64,000 nucleotides of DNA from an uncultured Bacilli bacterium (GCA_934086815.1 CAKOIM010000001.1:14366-78365); one strand, 5' to 3'. Shown: positions 16,399-25,311, counted from the stretch's first letter. Translations and numbers: made by a program. The notes: a model not told the origin generated them from the letters alone.

Positions 16399-16938
16399 AT
16401 AGCAAATAATAATAGTAATGAACAATTAGTAAATGAAAACATCAAAATACCTGAAGTAATGGTAATTGGCCCAAATGGCGAAAAGATGGGGCTAAAAAAA
16501 ATAGCTGATGCTTTGACACTTGCAAATTATGCTGGGCTTGATCTAGTATTAATGAATGCAAATGGCAATCCTGCAGTAGCTAAAATAATGGATTATAATA
16601 AATTCCGTTATGAAAAACAAAAGAAATTAAAAGAAACACAAAAGAAACAAAGAGAAGCAAATAAAGATATAAAAGAATATCGTTTATCTGTGACAATTGA
16701 CATTGGTGATTTTGAAACAAGAAAGAAAAATGCCCAAACTTACTTAGAAAAAGGGCATAAAATAAAAGCTTTTATTCGTTTTAAAGGTCGTCAAATGGCA
16801 AGACCAGAATTAGGTAAAGATGTATTGCTTAGATTTGCAGAAGCATTAAATGAGTATTCTGTTATTGAAACAGAACCTAAATTAGAAGGGCGTCAAATGT
16901 TTCTAATATTAGCACCAAAAAAAGGAGAAGGGAAATAG
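16399..16938 (+). CDS. infC: translation initiation factor IF-3, probable non-AUG (AUA) start
   Basis: Contains INENIKIPEVMVIGPNGEKMG and LDLVLMN..NPAVAKIMDYNKFRYE. GGAGGTG (16386-16392) lies 6 nt before ATA 16399. The ATG at 16363 used by the track lies inside the attenuator hairpin. Confidence 0.85.
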   Translation: MANNNSNEQLVNENIKIPEVMVIGPNGEKMGLKKIADALTLANYAGLDLVLMNANGNPAVAKIMDYNKFRYEKQKKLKETQKKQREANKDIKEYRLSVTIDIGDFETRKKNAQTYLEKGHKIKAFIRFKGRQMARPELGKDVLLRFAEALNEYSVIETEPKLEGRQMFLILAPKKGEGK

Positions 16939-16942
16939 TATT

Positions 16943-17137
16943 ATGGCAAAATGTAAACAAAAAACACACAAATCAAGTGCAAAAGTATTTAACAAAAAGA
17001 AAAATGGTAGTCTTACATACATGAAATCTGGAAGTAACCATAAAACTGGAAAAGATTCAGCTAAAGAAGTAAGACAAAGACGTAACAAAGGTACGCTTTC
17101 AAAAGGAGATAGTAGCAGATTAAAATCTGTTATCTAG
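16943..17137 (+). CDS. rpmI: 50S ribosomal protein L35
   Basis: 64 aa, basic, with the pattern MAK.K.KTHKSSAK.F. It sits between infC and rplT. Confidence 0.9.
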   Translation: MAKCKQKTHKSSAKVFNKKKNGSLTYMKSGSNHKTGKDSAKEVRQRRNKGTLSKGDSSRLKSVI

Positions 17138-17156
17138 GAAGTTGAGGTGAAGAAAA

Positions 17157-17702
17157 ATGGCAAGAGTTAAAGGCGGAAATGTATCAAAAAATAGAAGAAG
17201 AAAAGTATTAAAAGAAGCAAAGGGTTATTTTGGAAGTAAACATAGACTATATAAAACTGCTCAAGAACAAGTATTCCATAGTGGAGCTTATGCTTATAGA
17301 GATAGAAAGCAAAATAAAAGAAATTTCAGAAAATTATGGATTACAAGAATAAATGCAGCATGTCGTATGAATGATATTAGTTATTCTAAATTTATAAATG
17401 GTTTAACAAAAGCTGGAATTGAAATTAACAGAAAAATGTTATCAGAAATGGCAATTGATGATGAAAAATCATTTACAGCATTAGTAGAAGTTGTTAAAAA
17501 AGCTTTAAATGGAGAAGTGAGTACTACTAAAAAAGAAGCTAAAAAAGTAGAAAAGAAAGAAGTTAAAAAGGAAGTTAAAGAAGAAGTTGTTGAAGATTTA
17601 AGTAAAAAGACTTTAGCTGAATTAAAAGCATTAGCTAAAGAAGCTGGAATTAAAGGTTATTCAACAATGAAAAAAGATGAATTATTAAGTGCTTTAAAAT
17701 AA
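17157..17702 (+). CDS. rplT: 50S ribosomal protein L20 with a roughly 60-aa C-terminal extension ending in a Rho_N/SAP-like module
   Basis: The core begins MARVKGG...RRRKVLK.AKGYFG (about 118 aa). It is followed by a Lys/Glu-rich linker and [29 protein letters not shown]. Confidence 0.9.
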   Translation: MARVKGGNVSKNRRRKVLKEAKGYFGSKHRLYKTAQEQVFHSGAYAYRDRKQNKRNFRKLWITRINAACRMNDISYSKFINGLTKAGIEINRKMLSEMAIDDEKSFTALVEVVKKALNGEVSTTKKEAKKVEKKEVKKEVKEEVVEDLSKKTLAELKALAKEAGIKGYSTMKKDELLSALK

Positions 17703-17709
17703 TTTATTC

Positions 17710-17738
17710 TTGAAAAAGTGTGAGTTTTAAAATATAAT
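17710..17738 (+). promoter_or_regulatory. sigma-A-type promoter for rpsO (TTGAAA-17-TATAAT)
   Basis: TTGAAA at 17710-17715 and TATAAT at 17733-17738. Confidence 0.55.
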
Positions 17739-17815
17739 ATAGATGAAGTTTATTCTTGGTTTAGATATCTCCAAATCAATACTAGGATTAAACCAATTAC
17801 AAATAAGGAGGAAAA

Positions 17816-18085
17816 ATGGCTTTACAAAAAGAAGAAAAAGCAAAAATTATTAAAGAATTTGCTAAAAATGAAAAGGATTGTGGAAGTGCAGAAGTACAAG
17901 TTGCAATTTTAACTAAAGAAATTAATACTTTAACTGAACATTTAAAAGAACACAAACATGATTTTCATTCTAAAAGAGGTCTACTTATGAAAGTTGGACG
18001 TCGTAAAAAATTACTTGAATACTTAAAGAAAAACGATGTTGTAAGTTATAGAGAAGTAATTAAAAAATTAAATTTAAGAAAATAG
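17816..18085 (+). CDS. rpsO: 30S ribosomal protein S15
   Basis: 89 aa. Contains GSAEVQVAILT..I..LTEHLK.HKHD.HS.RGLL..VGRR. Confidence 0.95.
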   Translation: MALQKEEKAKIIKEFAKNEKDCGSAEVQVAILTKEINTLTEHLKEHKHDFHSKRGLLMKVGRRKKLLEYLKKNDVVSYREVIKKLNLRK

Positions 18086-18131
18086 AGGCACTTGTTTTTA
18101 GTGTCCTTTTTTGTATTAGAAAAGAGGTTAT

Positions 18132-20291
18132 ATGAAGAAAGTATTTAATTTAGAATTTAATGGTAGAAATATATCTGTTGAAACTGGAGAACTTGCTAAA
18201 CAAACAAATGGAGCAGTTTTAGTAAGATATGGAGATACGGCAGTATTATCTGTATGTGTAATGGGTAAAAATCCGGTTTCGCAAGATTTCTTTCCATTGC
18301 AAGTTTTATATCAAGAAAGATTATATTCTGTTGGAAAAATCCCAGGTGGATTTATTAAAAGAGAAGGTAGACCAAGTGAAGCTGCGACACTTGCTGCAAG
18401 GTTAATTGATAGACCAATAAGACCAATGTTTGATGAAAATCTAAGAAATGAAATTCAAGTAATTAATACAGTTTTATCAGTAGATCAAGACAATTCTCCG
18501 GAAATGGCTGCTATGTTAGGATCTTCTTTATGTTTAGGTATAAGTGATATACCGTTTGATGGTCCAGTTGCTGGAGTTGTAGTGGGCTTAATAGATGATA
18601 AGTTTATAATTAATCCAACTAGTGAAGAAAGTGAAAAAAGTTCATTACATTTAACTGTTGCGGGAACTAAAGATGCTATTTGTATGGTTGAAGCTGGAGC
18701 TAAAGAATTACCGGAAGACATTATGTTAGAAGCTCTAATGTTTGCTCATGAAAATATTAAAAAACTATGTGTTTTTCAAGAATCTATTATAAAAGAAATA
18801 GGTAAAGAAAAAGTAGAATTAGAAAAAGCAATTATACCTAAAGAAATAGAAGTGAGTGTTAGAGAATATGCTACAAAAGATATGCTTAAAGCTATTCAAA
18901 TAAAAGAAAAATTAGCAAAATACGCTGCTATAGATAAAGTAAAAGAAGATACGATAAAACATTTTGAAAGTGTTTATCAAGATGATGAAGATTTAAATAG
19001 TAAATTACAACAAGTTAAAAAGGTATTAACAAATATTGAAGCCGGAGAAGTAAGAAGATTAATTACGGAAGAACATGTAAGATCAGATGGTAGAAAAATG
19101 GATGAAATTAGACCACTTTTTGCTGGTGTTGATTTATTAGCTCGTACTCATGGTTCAGCATTATTTCAAAGAGGTGAAACTCAAGTATTAGCAACAACTA
19201 CTTTAGGGGCTTTAGGAGAACATCAAATATTAGATGGGTTAGGTATTGAAGATACTAAAAGATTTATGCTTCATTATAATTTTCCTCAATTTTCTGTTGG
19301 TGAAGTAGGAAGATATGGATCTCCCGGAAGAAGAGAGATTGGGCATGGAGCTTTAGGAGAAAGAGCATTAGCTCAAGTTATTCCTAGTGAAGAAGAATTT
19401 CCTTATACTATAAGAGTTGTAAGTGAAGTTTTAGAAAGTAATGGTTCATCTAGCCAAGCTACTATTTGTTCAGGTTGCTTAAGTTTAATGGCCGCGGGAG
19501 TTCCGATAAAAGCTCCAGTTGCAGGTATTGCCATGGGACTTATAACAAGTGAAGATGAAAGTAAATATACAATTTTAACTGATATTCAAGGATTAGAAGA
19601 TCATATGGGAGATATGGACTTTAAAGTAGCGGGTACACGTACTGGTATTACAGCCTTACAAATGGATATTAAAATAAAAGGTGTTACAAAAGAAATTTTA
19701 GGTGAAGCATTAGCTCAAGCTCATAAAGCTCGTTTAGAAATACTTGATGTTATGGAAAGTGCTATTTCTAAACCACGTGAAGAAGTAAGTAAATATGCTC
19801 CAAAGATTGAAACATTTAATGTTGATCCTGAAAAAATTAGAGATATTATTGGGCGTGGTGGAGAAATGATTACAAAAATTATTTTAGAAGCGTCTAATGT
19901 TTCTACAGTAAATGATAAAGACGCAGTTAAAGTAGATCTTGAAGATGATGGAAGAGTAATAATTTATCACACTGATAAAGAAATAATTTCTAAAACTAAA
20001 GAAATGATTTTAAATGTCATAAGAGAAGTAGAAAAAGATAAGGTTTATACAGGAATAGTTACAAAAGTAGAAGACTTTGGCTGTTTTGTTGAACTTTGGC
20101 CAGGTTGTGAAGGCTTAGTTCATGTTTCACAACTTGCTTGGGAAAGAATTGATAAACCAAGTTCTCTAGTTACCGTAGGTGATGAAATAATGGTTAAATC
20201 ACTAGGCTATGATAATCGTGGAAGATTAAATTTATCACGGAAAGAATGCTTGCCTAAACCTGAAAAAAAAGAAAAAGAATCAGAAAAATAG
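18132..20291 (+). CDS. pnp: polyribonucleotide nucleotidyltransferase (PNPase)
   Basis: Two RNase PH domains (the second contains [11 protein letters not shown]), followed by KH and S1 domains. It follows rpsO. Confidence 0.95.
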   Translation: MKKVFNLEFNGRNISVETGELAKQTNGAVLVRYGDTAVLSVCVMGKNPVSQDFFPLQVLYQERLYSVGKIPGGFIKREGRPSEAATLAARLIDRPIRPMFDENLRNEIQVINTVLSVDQDNSPEMAAMLGSSLCLGISDIPFDGPVAGVVVGLIDDKFIINPTSEESEKSSLHLTVAGTKDAICMVEAGAKELPEDIMLEALMFAHENIKKLCVFQESIIKEIGKEKVELEKAIIPKEIEVSVREYATKDMLKAIQIKEKLAKYAAIDKVKEDTIKHFESVYQDDEDLNSKLQQVKKVLTNIEAGEVRRLITEEHVRSDGRKMDEIRPLFAGVDLLARTHGSALFQRGETQVLATTTLGALGEHQILDGLGIEDTKRFMLHYNFPQFSVGEVGRYGSPGRREIGHGALGERALAQVIPSEEEFPYTIRVVSEVLESNGSSSQATICSGCLSLMAAGVPIKAPVAGIAMGLITSEDESKYTILTDIQGLEDHMGDMDFKVAGTRTGITALQMDIKIKGVTKEILGEALAQAHKARLEILDVMESAISKPREEVSKYAPKIETFNVDPEKIRDIIGRGGEMITKIILEASNVSTVNDKDAVKVDLEDDGRVIIYHTDKEIISKTKEMILNVIREVEKDKVYTGIVTKVEDFGCFVELWPGCEGLVHVSQLAWERIDKPSSLVTVGDEIMVKSLGYDNRGRLNLSRKECLPKPEKKEKESEK

Positions 20292-20310
20292 GATTAAATG
20301 CCTATTTTTT
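20287..20310 (+). terminator. intrinsic terminator after pnp
   Basis: Stem aatagg/cctatt with an 8-nt loop, then a T-run. It overlaps the stop codon. Confidence 0.5.
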
Positions 20311-20318
20311 ATTATGGA

Positions 20319-20347
20319 TTGACATTTGCTAGAAAAAATTATATAAT
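20319..20347 (+). promoter_or_regulatory. consensus sigma-A promoter (TTGACA-17-TATAAT)
   Basis: Perfect hexamers at 20319-20324 and 20342-20347. Confidence 0.6.
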
Positions 20348-20417
20348 GTTATAAAGAAATGGGAAAAACATTATAAATTAATAAAAAGATAACATAATAT
20401 CTAAGGAGGTACTTATT

Positions 20418-21071
20418 ATGAATTATAATGAGTGTTTGATAAATTATATTAATAAATGTCCATATGACGAACCTATTTTTATAGAAGAAATTAAAGATTA
20501 TTTTAAAAAAATAATTAAAGATAATTTTGAAACTACATTTAAAAATATTTATGTATATATAAATAGACTGGTAAAAGAAAATAAGCTTTCTCAGTTTATA
20601 AAAGGTATTTATTACAAACCAATAAAAGGAAAATTTGGTAATAAGTTATTAAATGTTAATAAAGTTATTGAAAAAAAATATATTTGTGATGAAAAAGGGC
20701 AAAAGGGATATTTTACAGGAGCATATTTATTTAATAAAATTGGTTTAACGACACAGATTCCCAAGAAAATTATAATAGTAACAAATGAATGTCCAAATGC
20801 TAATGAATATAACAACAAAAATTTGGGTGTTGCTATAAGAAAACCTAAAATTGAAATAAATGAAGACAATTATAAATACCTTCAACTTTTAGATATATTA
20901 ATTAATAAAGATGATATAAAAATAGAAGTAGATAATGAAAAAGAAATTATATATAAATTTATTGAGGATAATAAATTAGATTTTAGAAAAATATTTGAAT
21001 ATGCTAATAAAATCAATAATATAAAACCAATAATTAAACTATACGAATTAGGAGGTAAAAGTGTTAAGTAA
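20418..21071 (+). CDS. AbiEi_4/DUF6088-like protein (type IV toxin-antitoxin antitoxin family), apparently orphan
   Basis: About 217 aa. The pattern INRLVKENKLSQFIKGIYYKP...YFTGAYLFNKIGLTTQIPKKIIIVTN matches, from my memory of the family, the signature GlYy.p ... sGa.alN.lGLstQvP. I could not run a profile search. Confidence 0.5.
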   Translation: MNYNECLINYINKCPYDEPIFIEEIKDYFKKIIKDNFETTFKNIYVYINRLVKENKLSQFIKGIYYKPIKGKFGNKLLNVNKVIEKKYICDEKGQKGYFTGAYLFNKIGLTTQIPKKIIIVTNECPNANEYNNKNLGVAIRKPKIEINEDNYKYLQLLDILINKDDIKIEVDNEKEIIYKFIEDNKLDFRKIFEYANKINNIKPIIKLYELGGKSVK

Positions 21072-21127
21072 TGAATTGTTAGAGGAGCTTATAGTTGTTA
21101 AATATTAAATTTTTAAGAATAATCCCA

Positions 21128-22474
21128 TTAGTTGGCGGCTATTCTTTTTAATTCCTTGATAAATTGAGATTTCTTAAAAAGTGGTATGAGTAAGTAAACT
21201 TTATTTTTGCTTCTTGTTAAAGCAACATAAAATAATCTTCTTTCTTCTGCATATAAATAACTAATGTCACTTGGGTGTAATTCTTCTATAAGTTTTGAAT
21301 TTTTAAGTTTATTTGGTAAACCATATAAATCATTAGTTAAGTTTATAATAATTACATTTTCAGCTTCAAGGCCTTTTGATGCATGAATTGTTAAATATTC
21401 ATTTATCTTTTTATGACTAAATTTTTTAATATCAAAGTTATTTCTTCCTAAAACGAGTAAATTTTGGTTAGATAATTTATTATATAATTTTAAGAAAGTT
21501 TTATACGGATTTATGTAGTAAATATATTCAATTGGTTTATCTAAATGTTTATTGCTTATTAAAGATTTTCTTATTTGCTTATTATTTTTCATAATAAATT
21601 TTGTGCTTATGTTAATTAATTCTTGGCTATTTCGATAAGTGTATTTTAGCTTTAAAATTTTTGAATTAGGTATTAGCTTATTAAAGTCTAAAAATAGATT
21701 AATGTTACATCCGGAAAAATGATATATAGATTGGTAGTCATCTCCGACACAAAATAAAGTAGCATTGTTTATATCTTTTATTTTTTTTATTAAATTAAAA
21801 CGAATTAGGGAAGTATCTTGAAATTCATCAACAATAATATATTTATATTTAGTAGTTTTATTAACTATTTGAGTAGCTTTTATTATTAAATCATCTAAGT
21901 CTAAGGAATTGTTGCTTGCAAGTTCATTTTCATAAATACAAAAAATTATATAGGTATATTTAGCTAAAAAGTTATTTATTTTAAACAGAGCTTTAAAGTT
22001 ATCTTTGGTGTAGTTATTAGTCTTGTAAAGTTTAATTAAGTTTGTAATAAGCTTTTGAAAACTATTAAATTTATAGCTTTTTAAAAATTTAAAGTAGTTA
22101 CTCTCTTTAAAGTAATTTAATATTTCTTTTTTGTATTCATCATTATTTAAACTTTGAAAAAATTCATTTATAATGTAATTTAAATATTTATCACTTACTA
22201 AATTGTAATTTATCTTATTAAGATCAAGTATTTCTATGGCTAGTTTGTGAAACGTAGTAATATTTACGTTAGAAGTTATTTTTTTCTTTAAATCATTTAC
22301 ACTTTTGTTTGTAAAAGATAAGACTAATATTTCTTTCGGATTAACGTAATTATTTTCGATTAAATATTTAATTTTTTGAACAATAGTAAATGTTTTACCC
22401 GCTCCAGCACCGGCGATAAGTAATATATTAGAACTATCCTTTATTGCTTTTAATTGATATTTATCTGGTTTCAT
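21128..22474 (-). CDS. compact UvrD/Rep-family (SF1) helicase
   Basis: Walker A AGAGAGKT, motif II VDEFQDTS, TIHASKGLEAENVIIIN and RRLFYVALTRSKNKVYL. At 448 aa it is much shorter than PcrA/UvrD. Confidence 0.8.
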   Translation of the reverse strand: MKPDKYQLKAIKDSSNILLIAGAGAGKTFTIVQKIKYLIENNYVNPKEILVLSFTNKSVNDLKKKITSNVNITTFHKLAIEILDLNKINYNLVSDKYLNYIINEFFQSLNNDEYKKEILNYFKESNYFKFLKSYKFNSFQKLITNLIKLYKTNNYTKDNFKALFKINNFLAKYTYIIFCIYENELASNNSLDLDDLIIKATQIVNKTTKYKYIIVDEFQDTSLIRFNLIKKIKDINNATLFCVGDDYQSIYHFSGCNINLFLDFNKLIPNSKILKLKYTYRNSQELINISTKFIMKNNKQIRKSLISNKHLDKPIEYIYYINPYKTFLKLYNKLSNQNLLVLGRNNFDIKKFSHKKINEYLTIHASKGLEAENVIIINLTNDLYGLPNKLKNSKLIEELHPSDISYLYAEERRLFYVALTRSKNKVYLLIPLFKKSQFIKELKRIAAN

Positions 22475-22561
22475 AATGTGTTTTTTGTTTTATCCCAACT
22501 CCATTTTATCATATTGCAAAACAAAATAGAATATTTTATAATAAGTAAACGAGGGATAAAA

Positions 22562-23704
22562 ATGAAATATGAAACTAAATTAGAAATAGATTTAAGAAAA
22601 ATTAAAAATAATACAAAGCTATTATGTAAAAGTTATAGCGATTATACATATAAAATGGTAGATTTAAGAGATAATGCCCATGGACTAGGTTTTAAAATAA
22701 TTAATACAATGAATGATAATGGCATTAATTATTGTTTAGTTGGTTCGATTAAAGATGCTTTAGAAATACGAAAATTTAATAAAAAAATAAATATTTTAGT
22801 TAATTATTATGTAGATGAAGAAGAAATTTATGATTGTATAAATAATAATATAACTATCACTATTTTTAATGAACAATGTTTAGATTTATTGCTTAAATTA
22901 AATATTAAAGATAAATTAAAAGTTCATGTATTAGTTAATAATGGGTCTAATCTTTTAGGGGTTAATGATAATTTAGAATTAAAAAATATAGTTGATAAAA
23001 TTAATGCTCATAATTATATAGAATTAGAGGGAATATATACGGATATTACTACTCTTGGCATAGAAGATGAATATTTCTATAATCAAGTTAATGCTTTTTA
23101 TCAAATTGCTAATAATTATTTTGATTGTAATTTAATAATTCATTTTAATGAATCTTTAATGTATCACCATAAAATAAGTTATGTAAATGGTATTCGTTTT
23201 GATTTATCTATCTTAGGTATAGAAGAAAATATTGAAGATGACTTTTTTACTAATATGAAAATTAAAAATATTCAAAAAAAATATAATGATTTAGAATTTC
23301 CTAATATAGATTTAGAATTAGTTTTTAATATAACTAGTGAAGTAATGGATGTAAAAAAAGTTACAAAAGGTTCTATTGTGGGTAGAAGTTATGTAGCAAA
23401 AGATGATATGTATGTAGCTATTATTCCAATTGGCCATAAAGATGGTATTACAAAAGCTATTAAATATGTTGGTATTAATAATTATAAAAGAAATATTTTA
23501 GCGGATGAAATAGATAAAATTATTGTTGAAGTATCTAATGATGTTCGAATAAAAGATAAAGTGTACATCTTAAATGAAGAAAGAGGAATATATGACTTTT
23601 TATCACTTTTAAAAACTAATAGATATTATTTAATGAGTGTTTTAAATAGAAATTTAAAAAGAATATATATAAATGAAGAAGAAAATAGTGATTCAATTCT
23701 TTAG
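22562..23704 (+). CDS. alanine racemase-fold protein with substituted catalytic residues
   Basis: The overall pattern resembles Alr (EIDL..I..N, DNAHGLG in place of ANAYGHG, EGIYT, IRFD, IPIGHKDG). By hand alignment, the PLP Lys position reads R and the catalytic Tyr position in the VSYG motif reads R. The start is ATG 22562. Confidence 0.65.
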   Translation: MKYETKLEIDLRKIKNNTKLLCKSYSDYTYKMVDLRDNAHGLGFKIINTMNDNGINYCLVGSIKDALEIRKFNKKINILVNYYVDEEEIYDCINNNITITIFNEQCLDLLLKLNIKDKLKVHVLVNNGSNLLGVNDNLELKNIVDKINAHNYIELEGIYTDITTLGIEDEYFYNQVNAFYQIANNYFDCNLIIHFNESLMYHHKISYVNGIRFDLSILGIEENIEDDFFTNMKIKNIQKKYNDLEFPNIDLELVFNITSEVMDVKKVTKGSIVGRSYVAKDDMYVAIIPIGHKDGITKAIKYVGINNYKRNILADEIDKIIVEVSNDVRIKDKVYILNEERGIYDFLSLLKTNRYYLMSVLNRNLKRIYINEEENSDSIL

Positions 23705-23726
23705 TTAGTGTATACTAACTTTTTTT
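23704..23726 (+). terminator. intrinsic terminator
   Basis: Stem gttagt/actaac with loop gtat, then T7. Confidence 0.65.
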
Positions 23727-23784
23727 GATTTTAATTGTTTGTGATTTAAAAGTATGCTACAATAAAAAAGAATAGAGGTTGCAA

Positions 23785-25311
23785 ATGAAAAATAAAAAAA
23801 CTTATTTAATTATAATTGTAATTTTACTTGCCTTAGTTGTCGTTGGAGTTACTTTTGCATTTTTTCAAGCTCAAGGGGATAAAAATGCAAGTGCTAATGT
23901 AAATGTTAAAACTGAAGATATGGACTCTTTAGTATTTTCTGTTGGAGATAAAATAAATGTATCAGCTAACCAATTTGATTTCGGTAGTAAAGCAGGAAAT
24001 AAAGTTGGTTCAACTTATGCAAAAGCTACATTAAAAACAAGCAAAAGTGCGACGGCTAATTATTATGTTTATTTAAATATAGAAACTAATGATTTTGAGT
24101 ATACAACAGATAATAAAACTGCGGAATTAATATTAACTGTAACAGATCCATCTGGTAATGAATTAACAGAGATAAATGGTCTAAATTATGTTACTGTAAA
24201 TGATATAAAGGGGTTTGATGTAACAGAAGCAAGTGGATTAATAAAACTTGTGAATAATCGTGAAATAACTTCGACCGGTATAAAAGAAGAAACTTGGAAT
24301 GTTACATTAACTTTCATAAATTTAGATAGTGATCAAGCTAAAAATGCTAAAAAAACTTTTAAAGCTACTTTAGATATTACAAAAGAAGTAAAAAGAGAAA
24401 GTGTTGCAACTTTATGTAAAAATAGAACTTTAAGTGACTGTGTTATCGCTTTATATGAACAAGGAGATAATAATATTTATTATCATAATAGCGCCTTAAA
24501 TAATGGGGCAGGTGATAATTCTTATAGATTTTCTGGTTCAAGTGACACCACAAATAACTTTGTATGTTTCGGATATGATTCAACGGATGGTACATGTCCA
24601 ACAGATAATTTGTATAGAATAATTGGTGTATTTGATGGAGAAGTAAAACTTATAAAGTATGATTATGCTAAATCAACATTGCTCGGAACAGATGGGGATT
24701 ATGGACAAACATATCAAGCAGCTGGATATGGCGGAACTAATGAAGGTCAAAATTCTACATCTGAAATTGGGGGATATTATTGGAATAGAAATGGTACAAA
24801 TACATGGAGTGAAAGCCAACTAAATACGGTTAATTTAAATAAGAATTATATAAATAATATCGGAACAAAATGGTCAGAAAAAATATCAGACCATATATGG
24901 AAAGTTGGAGGAAACACTTGGGATAATATATATAACCAAACAGCTCCAACTGCATATCAAAATGAAATAAATAATTCAGACCCAAATAAAACTGTAAATG
25001 CAAAAGTAGGATTAATGTATGTTAGTGACTATGGATATGCAGCATCATCTAGTTCATGGTCTACATTATTAAAAAGTTATAATAATGTTATAACAAATAA
25101 TTGGATGTATATGGGACTTATTGAATGGACATTGGTGCCACGGACGGACTATTCGAATCGTGCTTTCGGTGTGGATCCCACAGGCTACTTGAATAGCTAT
25201 ATTGTTCGTTCTTACACGGTCGGCGTGCGCCCAGTTTTTTACTTAACAACTGATACATCATATAAAACTGGAAATGGGACAATTTCTTCACCAATAATTA
25301 TAAATCTTTAA
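23785..25311 (+). CDS. secreted protein, paralog 1: SipW-type-like signal/TasA-like N-terminal region plus the shared C-terminal lectin-like domain with a hypervariable block
   Basis: AGAGG lies 7 nt before ATG 23785. The N-terminus reads KKTYLIIIVILLALVVVGVTFAFFQAQGD. The C-terminal 280 aa or so are roughly 85-90% identical to 30900..32117, except for the block at 25126-25245. Confidence 0.7.
   Translation: MKNKKTYLIIIVILLALVVVGVTFAFFQAQGDKNASANVNVKTEDMDSLVFSVGDKINVSANQFDFGSKAGNKVGSTYAKATLKTSKSATANYYVYLNIETNDFEYTTDNKTAELILTVTDPSGNELTEINGLNYVTVNDIKGFDVTEASGLIKLVNNREITSTGIKEETWNVTLTFINLDSDQAKNAKKTFKATLDITKEVKRESVATLCKNRTLSDCVIALYEQGDNNIYYHNSALNNGAGDNSYRFSGSSDTTNNFVCFGYDSTDGTCPTDNLYRIIGVFDGEVKLIKYDYAKSTLLGTDGDYGQTYQAAGYGGTNEGQNSTSEIGGYYWNRNGTNTWSESQLNTVNLNKNYINNIGTKWSEKISDHIWKVGGNTWDNIYNQTAPTAYQNEINNSDPNKTVNAKVGLMYVSDYGYAASSSSWSTLLKSYNNVITNNWMYMGLIEWTLVPRTDYSNRAFGVDPTGYLNSYIVRSYTVGVRPVFYLTTDTSYKTGNGTISSPIIINL

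Noticed and set aside
16242-16445. The 67-aa minus-strand ORF, and the ATG-16363 N-terminal extension of infC.
   Set aside because: Both lie in the infC leader/attenuator region. The ATG at 16363 sits inside the terminator stem and has no SD.
18087-18112. A possible terminator between rpsO and pnp (aggcact...agtgtcct plus a T-run).
   Set aside because: The stem needs a bulge and is short. It could be a partial attenuator or processing site, as in other rpsO-pnp regions, but the evidence is too weak for a feature call.
21061-21108. A 15-codon GTG frame after the AbiEi-like gene might be the remnant of an AbiEii toxin gene.
   Set aside because: It is too short to compare with any family. Only its position and SD are suggestive. 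I mention it under the AbiEi finding but do not annotate it.
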